A stretch of 64,000 nucleotides of DNA from assembly GCA_943354165.1 (NCBI GenBank), contig CALRBH010000001.1:80828-144827 (forward strand). The letters are read 5' to 3'. This document shows, one piece after another, positions 44,794 through 53,835 of the stretch (the first letter of the stretch is position 1; each line of letters begins with the position of its first letter). Under the pieces are notes generated by a model. That model was given only the letters and a program-made list of their open reading frames with translations, made no database searches and had not been told where the DNA came from. The DNA comes from Candidatus Uhrbacteria bacterium RIFOXYB12_FULL_58_10 (GTDB lineage Bacteria > Patescibacteriota > Patescibacteriia > UBA9934 > GWF2-40-263). Made by a program: the position numbers and the translations under genes.

Positions 44794-45226
44794 TTAGTAG
44801 ATAGTAGTTAGTAGGTATGGATGATGATTTGCGCAGGGATAAACGTTCATATAAAGATTTGACGGTTTGGCAGAAGTCCATGGATTTGGTTGTGCTTATC
44901 TACGAACTGACAAAAGATTTTCCTGCCGATCAGAAATTTAGTCTTGTGAATCAGATGCAGCGTGCGGCTGTCTCTGTGCCGTTGAATATCGCGGAAGGTT
45001 CACGTAGACGAAGTGAAGCAGATAATATTCGTTTTCTCCGCATCGCGTTTGGATCAGCGTCTGAACTCGAAACCCAGATCCTTATCTCTCAACGTCTCCG
45101 GTTCGGTCATTCTGAGAAATATTCAGGCATAAAAAGCTTGCTTATAGAGGTTCTCAAGATGCTAAACAAAATGTCAGAATGACCGTAACCCTACTTTCTA
45201 CTTACTACTATCTTCTAACTACACCC
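44784..45226 (+). mobile_element. cassette: four-helix-bundle (23S rRNA IVS protein) gene bracketed by TAG-rich imperfect inverted repeats, inserted exactly between two host genes
   Basis: Left arm GTAGTAAGTAGTTAGTAGATAGTAGTTAGTAGG overlaps the upstream stop codon; right arm CCCTACTTTCTACTTACTACTATCTTCTAACTACACCC ends 2 nt before the HIT ATG; 24-nt core identical to 6031..6054. Confidence 0.6.
44817..45182 (+). CDS. four helix bundle protein (TIGR02436; 23S rRNA-intervening-sequence protein family)
   Basis: 121 aa; YKDLTVWQKSMDLVVLIYELTKDFPADQKFSLVNQMQRAAVSVPLNIAEG... typical of the family. Confidence 0.85.
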   Translation: MDDDLRRDKRSYKDLTVWQKSMDLVVLIYELTKDFPADQKFSLVNQMQRAAVSVPLNIAEGSRRRSEADNIRFLRIAFGSASELETQILISQRLRFGHSEKYSGIKSLLIEVLKMLNKMSE

Positions 45227-45228
45227 AT

Positions 45229-45645
45229 ATGTCTGACTGTATTTTCTGTAAAATCATTGCGGGGGACATTCCTGCCATAAAGATTCATGAGGACGAGCAG
45301 TGCATTGCATTTCTCGATATCCATCCAGTGAACCCTGGGCACACGCTGATCGTTCCGAAGGAACACCATGCAAATTTTCTTGAGACGCCTAAGGAACTCG
45401 TGGCGGTGATCATGGCGCTCGGACAGAAGCTTTCGCCGGCCATCCTTAAAGCCGTCGGTTCCGATTCGTTTAATTTTTCTACGAACAACGGCCGCGCAGC
45501 AGGACAGTTGATTGCTCATACGCATTTTCACCTGATCCCGCGCTTTCCGGCAGACGGCCATAAGATGTGGCATGGGTCTGACGAGCATCAGGATTTTGCG
45601 GCGATGGCCACGAAGATTCGAGAGGCAGTAGGCAGTGGGGAGTAG
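45229..45645 (+). CDS. HIT family hydrolase
   Basis: CIFCKIIAGDIPA; HTHFHLIPR histidine triad. Confidence 0.9.
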   Translation: MSDCIFCKIIAGDIPAIKIHEDEQCIAFLDIHPVNPGHTLIVPKEHHANFLETPKELVAVIMALGQKLSPAILKAVGSDSFNFSTNNGRAAGQLIAHTHFHLIPRFPADGHKMWHGSDEHQDFAAMATKIREAVGSGE

Positions 45646-45654
45646 GAAGTAGAT

Positions 45655-46593
45655 ATGAAAATACTTGTTACTGGCGGAGCGGGATTCATTGGATCCGCGT
45701 TCGTGCGCTACATCATCCGGGAACATGCGAACGACGAGGTGATCACCCTCGATGCGTTGACGTACGCGGGGAATCTCGAAAATCTTTTGGACGTGAAGGA
45801 CAATCCGCGTCACGTGTTCGTGAAAGGGGACATCTGCGACCGGAAACTCGTAAGCGATTTCGTGAAGAAATGTGACGCGGTGGTGCACTTCGCCGCGGAG
45901 ACGCATGTTGACCGATCGATTGTCGGAGCGAGCGAGTTTGTCCGGACGAACGTCGTCGGCACCCTTTCGATTCTTGATGCCGTGAAGGAACATGGAAAGC
46001 GACTGCATCATATTTCAACCGATGAGGTGTTCGGTGCCCTCGGACCCAAAGATCCGCCGTTCAACGAGAACACGCCGTACGCTCCGCGCAATCCGTACAG
46101 CGCTTCGAAGGCCGCGGCCGATCATCTTATTCGTTCGTACGTCATTACCCATGGCGTGAAGGCGACGATTTCGAACTGTTCGAATAATTACGGCCCCTAT
46201 CATTTTCCAGAGAAGATGATTCCGCTGTTCATTTCAAATCTGCTTTCCGGAAAGAAGGTGCCGGTGTATGGCAAGGGCGATCAGATGCGTGACTGGATTT
46301 ACGTGGAAGATCACGTTCGCGGCGTGGACCTTGCGCTGCGCAACGGCAAGATCGGCGAAACGTATCTCTTCGGCGGTGACGGAGAAATTACGAACCTCGA
46401 GCTCACGAAGAAGCTTCTCACATTGTGTGGACGCGATGAGGATGCGATTGAATTCGTCGCGGACCGTCCTGGCCACGATCGACGCTATGCGGTCGATTAT
46501 TCGAAGGCGAAACGAGAACTCGGTTGGGAACCGAAGATCAGCTTGGATGAAGGATTGAAGCGGACCGTGAAGTGGTTTAAGGCGAAGCTATGA
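45655..46593 (+). CDS. rfbB: dTDP-glucose 4,6-dehydratase
   Basis: MKILVTGGAGFIGSAFVRY; YSASKAAADHL; RmlB-length and layout. Confidence 0.88.
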   Translation: MKILVTGGAGFIGSAFVRYIIREHANDEVITLDALTYAGNLENLLDVKDNPRHVFVKGDICDRKLVSDFVKKCDAVVHFAAETHVDRSIVGASEFVRTNVVGTLSILDAVKEHGKRLHHISTDEVFGALGPKDPPFNENTPYAPRNPYSASKAAADHLIRSYVITHGVKATISNCSNNYGPYHFPEKMIPLFISNLLSGKKVPVYGKGDQMRDWIYVEDHVRGVDLALRNGKIGETYLFGGDGEITNLELTKKLLTLCGRDEDAIEFVADRPGHDRRYAVDYSKAKRELGWEPKISLDEGLKRTVKWFKAKL

Positions 46594-47423
46594 AGATCCT
46601 GATTTTCGGAAAGGGATTTGTGGGCAATCGCTGCGCGTCCGCCTGGCCGGATGCGGTGCTTTCGGACGTACGCGTCTCGAATAAAGAGGAAGCGCTCGCG
46701 GAAATCAAGCGCGTACAGCCTGATGCGGTGTTGAATGCCGCTGGTGTGAAAGGGAAACCGAACGTGGACTGGTGCGATACGCATCAGATGGAAACCATTC
46801 TCGGCAACACGCTCGAACCGATCGTTCTCGCGCAGGCGTGTCAGGAAGTGGGCGTCTATCTTCTGCACATCGGATCCGGTTGCATCTTTTACGGTGACTC
46901 TCCGCATCCGGACAAGACGTGGCGTGAAGACGATTTCGGGAATCCGCGCCCTACATATAGTCGCGCTAAGTGGGCGGCGGATCTTGTGCTGTCGACATTG
47001 CCGAATGTGGCCATCGCGCGCATTCGCATGCCCATCGATCATGTTCGGAATTCCGGAAACCTTTTGCAAAAGCTCGCGGCGTACCCGAAGGTCATCGACG
47101 TCGAAAATTCGATTACGGTTGTAGATGACATGGTGTCCGTTTTCCGTCAGCTCATGGAAAAGAAGGCGCCGGGGATTTTTCATGTCACGAATCCAGGCAC
47201 AGCTCGCCACCGCGAGATTCTTGGATTGTATAAAGACCTTGTTGACCCGAATCATTCCTGTGAATGGATTTCTGAAGAGGATCTCGTGGTCCAGGGTCTG
47301 GCAACAAAGAAGCGTTCAAATAATTTTCTCGCTTCAACGCGCCTTGCCGAGGTTGGCATCGCGATGCGACCCGTGAAAGAGGCGTTGCGGGATACGGTTG
47401 AAAAATACGCGCGGGCCAAGTAA
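46590..47423 (+). CDS. rfbD: dTDP-4-dehydrorhamnose reductase
   Basis: 277 aa RmlD-like SDR; GKGFVGNR; YSRAKWAADL; ATGA overlap with rfbB. Confidence 0.78.
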   Translation: MKILIFGKGFVGNRCASAWPDAVLSDVRVSNKEEALAEIKRVQPDAVLNAAGVKGKPNVDWCDTHQMETILGNTLEPIVLAQACQEVGVYLLHIGSGCIFYGDSPHPDKTWREDDFGNPRPTYSRAKWAADLVLSTLPNVAIARIRMPIDHVRNSGNLLQKLAAYPKVIDVENSITVVDDMVSVFRQLMEKKAPGIFHVTNPGTARHREILGLYKDLVDPNHSCEWISEEDLVVQGLATKKRSNNFLASTRLAEVGIAMRPVKEALRDTVEKYARAK

Positions 47424-47435
47424 GGTTTGCCCGTT

Positions 47436-48521
47436 ATGAAAGCCCTGATTGCGGCGGGAGGCCGGGCCACGCGCCTGCGTCCCATCACCTGGACCATCAA
47501 CAAGCACCTGATCCCGATGACCAACCGGCCCATGTTGGCGCACGCGATCGACAAGATCGTGGAGGCGGGGATCACGGACATCATCGTGAGCGTGAATCCC
47601 GGCGAGACGGATTCCATGAGAGCGGCGCTCGGCGACGGGTCCGCATGGGGAGCCCGACTTACGTATCTCGAGCAGCGGGGCGGAGCGCTCGGTGTCGCGC
47701 ACGTGGTCGCAAACGCGGAGGATCTTCTGCGAGGAGAGAAGTTTTTGTTTTATCTCGGCGACAACATTATTCTCGGCAGCCTCAAGAAGTTCGTCGACCG
47801 TTTTCTCGACGAAGAGCTCGACTGCATGCTCGCGTTCTCTCGCGTGAAAGATCCGCAGCGATTTGGTGTTCCAGAATTTGCTGAAGACGGAAAAACGTTG
47901 CTTCGCGTGATTGAAAAGCCGGCGCATCCGCCTTCGGACTTTGCCGTTACCGGCATTTATCTTTACAACGACCGCTACTTTGACGGGTTCTTTTCCATCA
48001 AGCCGTCCTCACGAGGAGAATACGAAATTTCCGATGTGAACTCCTGGTTCGTGGAGAACGGAAAGGTGGGTTATGAGGAAATTACCGGATGGTGGAAGGA
48101 TACCGGCACGCCGGACGCGCTTCTCGAAGGGAACGCGCTCATGATGGACGACATGCCGCGCGAGCAGTTCCGTGTGGACGTGGACGTTCCGGATTCCGCC
48201 CAGGTTCAAGGACTCGTGAAGATCGGCAAGGGAACCGTTATTGGCGAGAAGGTGCTTATTCGCGGGCCGGTCGTCATTGGCGAGCATTGTCAGATCGACA
48301 ACGCCTACATTGGTCCTCATACTTCCATTGGTGATGGCGCCTCCGTAAAAAATGCGGAAGTGGAACACTCGATCATTTTTCCAGGCGCCTCGATTGATAC
48401 CAAACGTCGCATCGTAAGCAGCCTTATCGGAAAAAACGCTATCGTACACGATGCCGTTCAGACCCTTCCGCGTTCAGGATCCAGACTGGTGATTGGGGAC
48501 AGTAGTTCCGTTGAGCTGTAA
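47436..48521 (+). CDS. rfbA: glucose-1-phosphate thymidylyltransferase, long form with C-terminal left-handed beta-helix
   Basis: MKALIAAGGRATRLRPIT (G-x-G-T-R-L); LbH hexapeptide repeats at the C-terminus; start ATG 47436 (the track start at 47427 is a TTG). Confidence 0.78.
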   Translation: MKALIAAGGRATRLRPITWTINKHLIPMTNRPMLAHAIDKIVEAGITDIIVSVNPGETDSMRAALGDGSAWGARLTYLEQRGGALGVAHVVANAEDLLRGEKFLFYLGDNIILGSLKKFVDRFLDEELDCMLAFSRVKDPQRFGVPEFAEDGKTLLRVIEKPAHPPSDFAVTGIYLYNDRYFDGFFSIKPSSRGEYEISDVNSWFVENGKVGYEEITGWWKDTGTPDALLEGNALMMDDMPREQFRVDVDVPDSAQVQGLVKIGKGTVIGEKVLIRGPVVIGEHCQIDNAYIGPHTSIGDGASVKNAEVEHSIIFPGASIDTKRRIVSSLIGKNAIVHDAVQTLPRSGSRLVIGDSSSVEL

Positions 48522-49826
48522 TTATTGCAGGGCGCGCCGATAGACTCCCTGATCCCCATTTGTGCGGAAGAACCAGAGTTCACGGGCACGACGGTCAAAA
48601 CCGAGGGCGGTGGCCGATCCCTCGAATAATTTGAATGTCGCTCTTCCTTCCTGTGAGACGGTTTCAATGGCGGTCACAGCATGGTCATCTGCGTAAATGA
48701 TAGCGGCCCCTGAAGGGAGCCAGAGAATTTCGCGGAGCTCGCTTGAAACCCTCGTGAGGGTTTCAGAACTATTTTTCTCAAGCGAATAGACGTTCAGCTC
48801 ATGTCCATCTCCGTTGGTGGCGAGGAACTTGGCGTCCGGCGACCAGCTTGTGAGGGAGGTTTGGGAAGAAAAAAGAATGGGGCGATCGGATCCGCGCGCA
48901 TCCAGGAGAATGACGCGTCTCGTGCCGGTCTCCTTCAGCAGGGCATAGCCGGACGGAGCCCACTCAAACGACCAGGTGCCGCGTGGGATCACGGCAAGTG
49001 GAGTGATGGTGGTTCCTTCGAGCCTTGATACAGCTTCTCCGGACGGGGAGGATTCCAAAATAAGAAAGCCGGATCCGGATCCCATGGCAGCTTTTACGCC
49101 GACGGGGAACGTTCGGCGCGTTTCCGATTCAAGATCCACGAGAACGAGCGTCTTTGGCTCATGGACGAATATGCGGGATTCTGAAGTCGGATCAAATTCC
49201 GCCGCAAGACTGGTGTGGAAAGAGGCGGTAAGTCCCGTGTCGATCCGCACGAATGTTGTTTCCGTTTTTGTATGGATGCGCAATAGGTGTCCTTCTGGAT
49301 GAAAGGAAAGCGCAAGATCACTGGCGCTCAACGCCGGAATGCGCGACAGGAGCGTTTTGTTTTCACCAAATTCATTGAGCGTCCAGAGCTCGACCCATCC
49401 GGCCTCCGTGCGCGCTACGATGAATGTTCCGATCGTTGCGGCTCCTGCATGGATGAATCCTGATTCGATTTTGGTGGCGGGAGCGGTAAGGAACAGAGGA
49501 ATACCTTCAAGAAAAACGGTTTGTCGCGCCACGACAGAAAGCGTTCTCTCCCAGGGGAAATAGCCGGATTTTTTCAGGAGCACCTCATGCGCTCCGGCGG
49601 GAATCGCATCAATCACAGACGGAGTGCGGGAGCCGATGAGCCTTCCGTCAATGGAAATCTCCGCGGAACGGGGGAGGGTAGATACGGAGATAAGGCCGGT
49701 CTGGACGATCCGCGCTGTTTTCCAATTTATGCGGAAACCAGCGGTATAGAGGACGACTGCGGGTGCCACCATGAAAAAACCCAACACAAAGAGGGTATAC
49801 AGCACGCGCCGGGTCCAACGATTCAT
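48522..49826 (-). CDS. PEGA domain protein with TolB-like beta-propeller
   Basis: Start at MNRWTRRV behind a GGAG RBS; TM; PEGA segment AEISIDGRLIGSRTPSVIDAIPAGAHEVLLKKSGYFPWE; WD/TolB-like repeats. Confidence 0.65.
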   Translation of the reverse strand: MNRWTRRVLYTLFVLGFFMVAPAVVLYTAGFRINWKTARIVQTGLISVSTLPRSAEISIDGRLIGSRTPSVIDAIPAGAHEVLLKKSGYFPWERTLSVVARQTVFLEGIPLFLTAPATKIESGFIHAGAATIGTFIVARTEAGWVELWTLNEFGENKTLLSRIPALSASDLALSFHPEGHLLRIHTKTETTFVRIDTGLTASFHTSLAAEFDPTSESRIFVHEPKTLVLVDLESETRRTFPVGVKAAMGSGSGFLILESSPSGEAVSRLEGTTITPLAVIPRGTWSFEWAPSGYALLKETGTRRVILLDARGSDRPILFSSQTSLTSWSPDAKFLATNGDGHELNVYSLEKNSSETLTRVSSELREILWLPSGAAIIYADDHAVTAIETVSQEGRATFKLFEGSATALGFDRRARELWFFRTNGDQGVYRRALQ

Positions 49827-49964
49827 AATGGCTCCAGCATACGGAAAATATGCCATTCTGCAAATCCTCCTTCGCTCTGCGGAGCTTCGGAGGACAGGCC
49901 GGCCTGCCAGCCGAAGCCTTAGCGAAGGCTGGTTGTCCGTTTCGTACAATCCCGATATGATGCC

Positions 49965-51212
49965 ATGCATATGTTGTCACCTCTTGAAAAGCATGCGCGT
50001 AGCTCTTCGCGTTCGCTTGTCACGCTCAGTCTTCTTCTTGCGGTCGCCTTTTCTTTTTCTGTCGGCGTGCTGCTTGGGCATGAACAGGGGGCGCGTGCGT
50101 CCGTGCCGGACGGAGAAGGCCGTGTGATTCATATTGGGGATGCGGCGCCTTCGCTTGGGGAAGACGTCGATTTCCGCCAGTTCTGGAACATCTGGAATCT
50201 GGTGAAGGAGTCCTACGTGCACCAGCCCGTTTCGGACAAGGAATTGTTTTACGGCGCGCTGAAGGGCATGGTGGCAGGAACCGGTGATCCGTACACTGTG
50301 TATTTTGACCCTGAGGAGGCGGGGGATTTCGCGGCGAACCTCGACGGCAAGTTCGAAGGTATCGGCGCGGAGATTGGCATCAAGGAAAACCAGCTTCAGA
50401 TCGTGGCCCCCCTTCCGAAGACTCCGTCGGAAAAGGCCGGTATCAGGAGTGGAGACCGCATTTACAAGATCGATGAGTCCGAGACCACTGGCATGTCCGT
50501 GGAAAAGGCAGTCACGCTTATCCGCGGGGAAAAAGGGACGCCTGTCACGCTTACCATCGGCCGAGAAGGAGTTGACGAGCTTCTTGTCATCAAGATCATA
50601 CGAGACACCATCAAGATCGACAGCGTGAAGTATGAGAAGGACGGGACTATCGCGATCATCTCCGTGTATACGTTCAATGACGACACGAACTCGCTGTTCG
50701 TCGATGCGGTGAACAAGGCACTGGCAGATGGTGCGACCGGCGTCATCCTCGATCTCCGCGGGGATCCGGGTGGCCTGCTTTCCTCCGCCATCAACCTCGC
50801 CTCCGTCTGGGTCGGCTACGATCCTGTACTCATTGAACGCACGCAAGACAAGTCGCAGACGTTCCGGGGCATCTCCGCCCCAAGGCTGAACACCGTTCCT
50901 ACCGTCGTGCTCGTAAACGGTGGGAGCGCATCCGCCTCCGAAATTCTCGCCGGAGCCCTGCAGGATTACGGTCTTGCCACCCTCGTAGGGGAACAGACGT
51001 TCGGGAAGGGGTCCGTACAGGACTATCAGCAGCTGCCAGACGGTTCCGCGGTAAAGATTACCGTGGCCGAGTGGTTCACCCCTAAGGGCCGCGGGATCAA
51101 TAAGACCGGGATCACCCCGGATGTCGTCGTTCCGTTCACTCAAGAAGACTTCCATGCCAAACGCGATCCACAAAAGGCCAAGGCCCTCGAGATCCTCCGG
51201 ACGAAGCGATAA
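49965..51212 (+). CDS. carboxyl-terminal processing protease (S41, CtpA/Prc family) with PDZ
   Basis: N-terminal TM; PDZ (GIRSGDRIYKID); VLDLRGDPGGLL, Ser/Lys dyad region. Confidence 0.85.
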   Translation: MHMLSPLEKHARSSSRSLVTLSLLLAVAFSFSVGVLLGHEQGARASVPDGEGRVIHIGDAAPSLGEDVDFRQFWNIWNLVKESYVHQPVSDKELFYGALKGMVAGTGDPYTVYFDPEEAGDFAANLDGKFEGIGAEIGIKENQLQIVAPLPKTPSEKAGIRSGDRIYKIDESETTGMSVEKAVTLIRGEKGTPVTLTIGREGVDELLVIKIIRDTIKIDSVKYEKDGTIAIISVYTFNDDTNSLFVDAVNKALADGATGVILDLRGDPGGLLSSAINLASVWVGYDPVLIERTQDKSQTFRGISAPRLNTVPTVVLVNGGSASASEILAGALQDYGLATLVGEQTFGKGSVQDYQQLPDGSAVKITVAEWFTPKGRGINKTGITPDVVVPFTQEDFHAKRDPQKAKALEILRTKR

Positions 51213-51246
51213 GCGTCTGCCTAAGGGGAGCGAGCGTGTAGACCGC

Positions 51247-51699
51247 GAGGTGTCCTCGGGCGGGTTGGTATTCAGGCGTTCGCCAAAGGGTGTGCAGTTT
51301 GCGCTCATGCTGGATTCTTACGGGAAGTGGGCGTTCCCAAAGGGGCACGTGGAACCCGGAGAATCGCGCGAGGAAGCCGCGGCGCGTGAGACGCTGGAGG
51401 AGCTTGGGCTGGAGCAGGTCCGGCTGCTTGAGTACCTCGGGAAAATCGACATCTGGTTCCGTGACCGTTTTGAGAAGAAAGGAACCCTCATTCATAAGGA
51501 CATCCATTACTTCCTCTTCGAGACCACGCCGGAGGCGGAGTTGAAGCCTGATCCGGGGGAGCATGTGTACGATGCCCGATGGGTTCCGGCCGGCAAGATC
51601 ACCAAGACCTCCAACTATCCGGACATGCTTCCCATTATCCGCCGAGCCCTTGGGTTTGTTCGGCAAGAGACCGATGCGGCCGCCCAGGACAACGTATGA
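51247..51699 (+). CDS. NUDIX hydrolase
   Basis: Nudix box GHVEPGESREEAAARETLEELG; start uncertain (GTG 51247 proposed; the track ORF start overlaps the S41 gene). Confidence 0.65.
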   Translation, partial: EVSSGGLVFRRSPKGVQFALMLDSYGKWAFPKGHVEPGESREEAAARETLEELGLEQVRLLEYLGKIDIWFRDRFEKKGTLIHKDIHYFLFETTPEAELKPDPGEHVYDARWVPAGKITKTSNYPDMLPIIRRALGFVRQETDAAAQDNV

Positions 51700-52460
51700 A
51701 ACGTTTTATCGCCTTTGCCCGCATCTTCACCGGGGACATTAGGGGGTTCCGTGAGGGATTCGCGTATCTGTTTCGCGGGGCGCATCGCCTGTTTAGGGAT
51801 CGCACGCTGTATCCGTATCTCGTCGCTCCCGTCCTGTTAAACATTTTGCTGTTTCTTGCGTTTCTGTGGGTGGCGGCTCAGGTGTTTGTCGCTGTGTTCG
51901 GTCGCGGGGTTCCGGAGAGCTGGTGGGGGATCGCTCTGTTTGTCGGCGTCATCATCGCGAGTCTCATTACACTGCTTTTCGTTGGTTCGGCGCTGTTTGT
52001 CTTTCTCGGGTCCATCATCTGCGCGCCGTTTTATGAAGCTATCGCCGTCCGGATCGCGCGCGAGCAGGGCAGGATCGTGGTTGACCGGCCTTGGTGGAGT
52101 CAGATGGGATCCATCATGGCGCGCTCTGCCAAGAAGTGGTGGTGGTACCTGCTGATCCAGCTCGGGCTTTTGGTGCTGTTTTTCATGCCGATCGCGGTCG
52201 GGCCGGTGGCGTACTCCGTGTGCGGGTTTCTCGTCACGACGTTTTTCCTTGCGTGGGAATATCTCGACATGTCATTTGACTTTCGCGGGCTTTCGTTCGA
52301 ACAGCGGTGGAAATGGTGCCTCCTGCACCGGGGAATCCTGTTCGGATTCGGTACAGCGATATTCCTGGGATTCGCGATCCCCATCTTAAACCTTTTCATT
52401 CCGGCCTGCGCAGTCGTCGGATCTATTTTGCTCTTCGAACACAAGGACAATCCTCGATAA
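51696..52460 (+). CDS. CysZ/EI24-family membrane protein
   Basis: Start MKRFIAF (ATGA overlap with the NUDIX stop); 4-5 TM with LFRDRTLYPYLVAPVLLN and PFYEAIAVRIARE segments. Confidence 0.5.
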   Translation: MKRFIAFARIFTGDIRGFREGFAYLFRGAHRLFRDRTLYPYLVAPVLLNILLFLAFLWVAAQVFVAVFGRGVPESWWGIALFVGVIIASLITLLFVGSALFVFLGSIICAPFYEAIAVRIAREQGRIVVDRPWWSQMGSIMARSAKKWWWYLLIQLGLLVLFFMPIAVGPVAYSVCGFLVTTFFLAWEYLDMSFDFRGLSFEQRWKWCLLHRGILFGFGTAIFLGFAIPILNLFIPACAVVGSILLFEHKDNPR

Positions 52461-53387
52461 ATGCAGTATACTGCCCTGGATATGCTAGTCTCGGGGGAGC
52501 AACAGACCGTGTGGATACTTGTCGCGATTGTTTGTGTTCTCCTGCTGTGTATTGCGCAGCTCCTTATACACTTGCGTCGCGTCGTGAGGAGGCATCGCCG
52601 ATACCTAAGACCCATGGAAGAAGCTATGTGGGACCAGACGTTGCTGGTGAAGGGACTGACCAAGCGGATCGACGCCATTAAAGAAACGGAAGACACGGTC
52701 GTGTACCGCCTGTGTACAGGACTCAAGTCGCCGCTTAAGCGCTTGCAGTGGAACATCGATAACCTCTTTCTCTCCACACGCATGGCACTGCCGCCCGCGG
52801 ATGTCCGCGCACTCCGTGAAATCCAGGAGGCCGGTCATTCCATCACGCACTCCGTCACAAAACTAGTCACGCTCCTCGACATTCAGGAAGGGCGGGGGAA
52901 AATCCGGCTCGAGACCGTCGATCCCGCGGCCCTCGTGCGGGCGGTCTATGCCGCGAGTCGTCAGACGATGGACCACCTAGGACTCGCGTTCGATCTTTCG
53001 CTTCCAAAGCGTGCCATTAAGGACGTTCCGATGGACCGGGGGAGAATTCGCGAATGCCTCGAGTTTTTTCTTGAAAACGCCCGGTCGTACACCCCGCAGG
53101 GCGGGAATGTAACCATCGCGCTTGCCGAGACGAAAACAGGGATCCGCATCTCCGTTACTGATACAGGTATGGGGATTCCCATGAACGAGCAGAATAAGGT
53201 CTGGGAGAAGTTTTTCCGTTCCCCGTCTGCGGCGGAGCAGAAGCCGGACGGAACCGGAGCCGGCCTCGCCATCGTCAAATATTACGTGAAAGCGCACGGG
53301 GGCCACGTCGGGTTTACCAGCCGGCACGGGAAGGGGAGTATGTTTTGGATGGAACTCCCCTCAGTCCCTTTCATGGCGAACCCTTGA
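52461..53387 (+). CDS. sensor histidine kinase (single N-terminal TM, HisKA + HATPase_c); no response regulator adjacent
   Basis: G-box region GTGAGLAIVKYYVKAHGGHVGF. Confidence 0.8.
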   Translation: MQYTALDMLVSGEQQTVWILVAIVCVLLLCIAQLLIHLRRVVRRHRRYLRPMEEAMWDQTLLVKGLTKRIDAIKETEDTVVYRLCTGLKSPLKRLQWNIDNLFLSTRMALPPADVRALREIQEAGHSITHSVTKLVTLLDIQEGRGKIRLETVDPAALVRAVYAASRQTMDHLGLAFDLSLPKRAIKDVPMDRGRIRECLEFFLENARSYTPQGGNVTIALAETKTGIRISVTDTGMGIPMNEQNKVWEKFFRSPSAAEQKPDGTGAGLAIVKYYVKAHGGHVGFTSRHGKGSMFWMELPSVPFMANP

Positions 53388-53460
53388 CGCCGCGAGGGTG
53401 ACGTATCGGAAAACGCATGTTACCATGGCTTTTGTACGAAATTAACTTATCCACACCCGT

Positions 53461-53742
53461 ATGGCAAAGATGACCAAGAGTCAGACGATGGCCGCTCTCG
53501 CGGACGCAACCGGCATGTCTAAGAAGGACGTCGGCATGTTCCTCGACAAGATGGCTGAGCTCGCTTACAAAGAGGTTAAGGTCAGCGGTGAGTTCGTCGT
53601 TCCAGGTCTCGGTAAGCTCGTGAAGGTTCACCGCGCAGAGCGCATGGGCCGCAACCCAGCGACCGGCGAGTCTATCAAGATCAAGGCAAAGACCGTCGTA
53701 AAGTTCCGCGTGGCCAAGGCGGCAAAGGACGCCGTTCTCTAA
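53461..53742 (+). CDS. DNA-binding protein HU
   Basis: MTKSQTMAALADATGMSKKDV...GRNPATGESIKIKAKTVVKFR. Confidence 0.9.
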   Translation: MAKMTKSQTMAALADATGMSKKDVGMFLDKMAELAYKEVKVSGEFVVPGLGKLVKVHRAERMGRNPATGESIKIKAKTVVKFRVAKAAKDAVL

Positions 53743-53753
53743 GCATTGATGAT

Positions 53754-53792
53754 AAAACGCCCTCCCTTTACGGGAGGGTGTTTTTGTTCTAC
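53754..53792 (+). terminator. rho-independent terminator after HU gene
   Basis: AAAACGCCCTCCC-tttac-GGGAGGGTGTTTTTGTTCT. Confidence 0.75.
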
Positions 53793-53835
53793 GCGCCACT
53801 CTTTTCTTTTTCTCCAGCTATGGGAAGCTGCCTGC

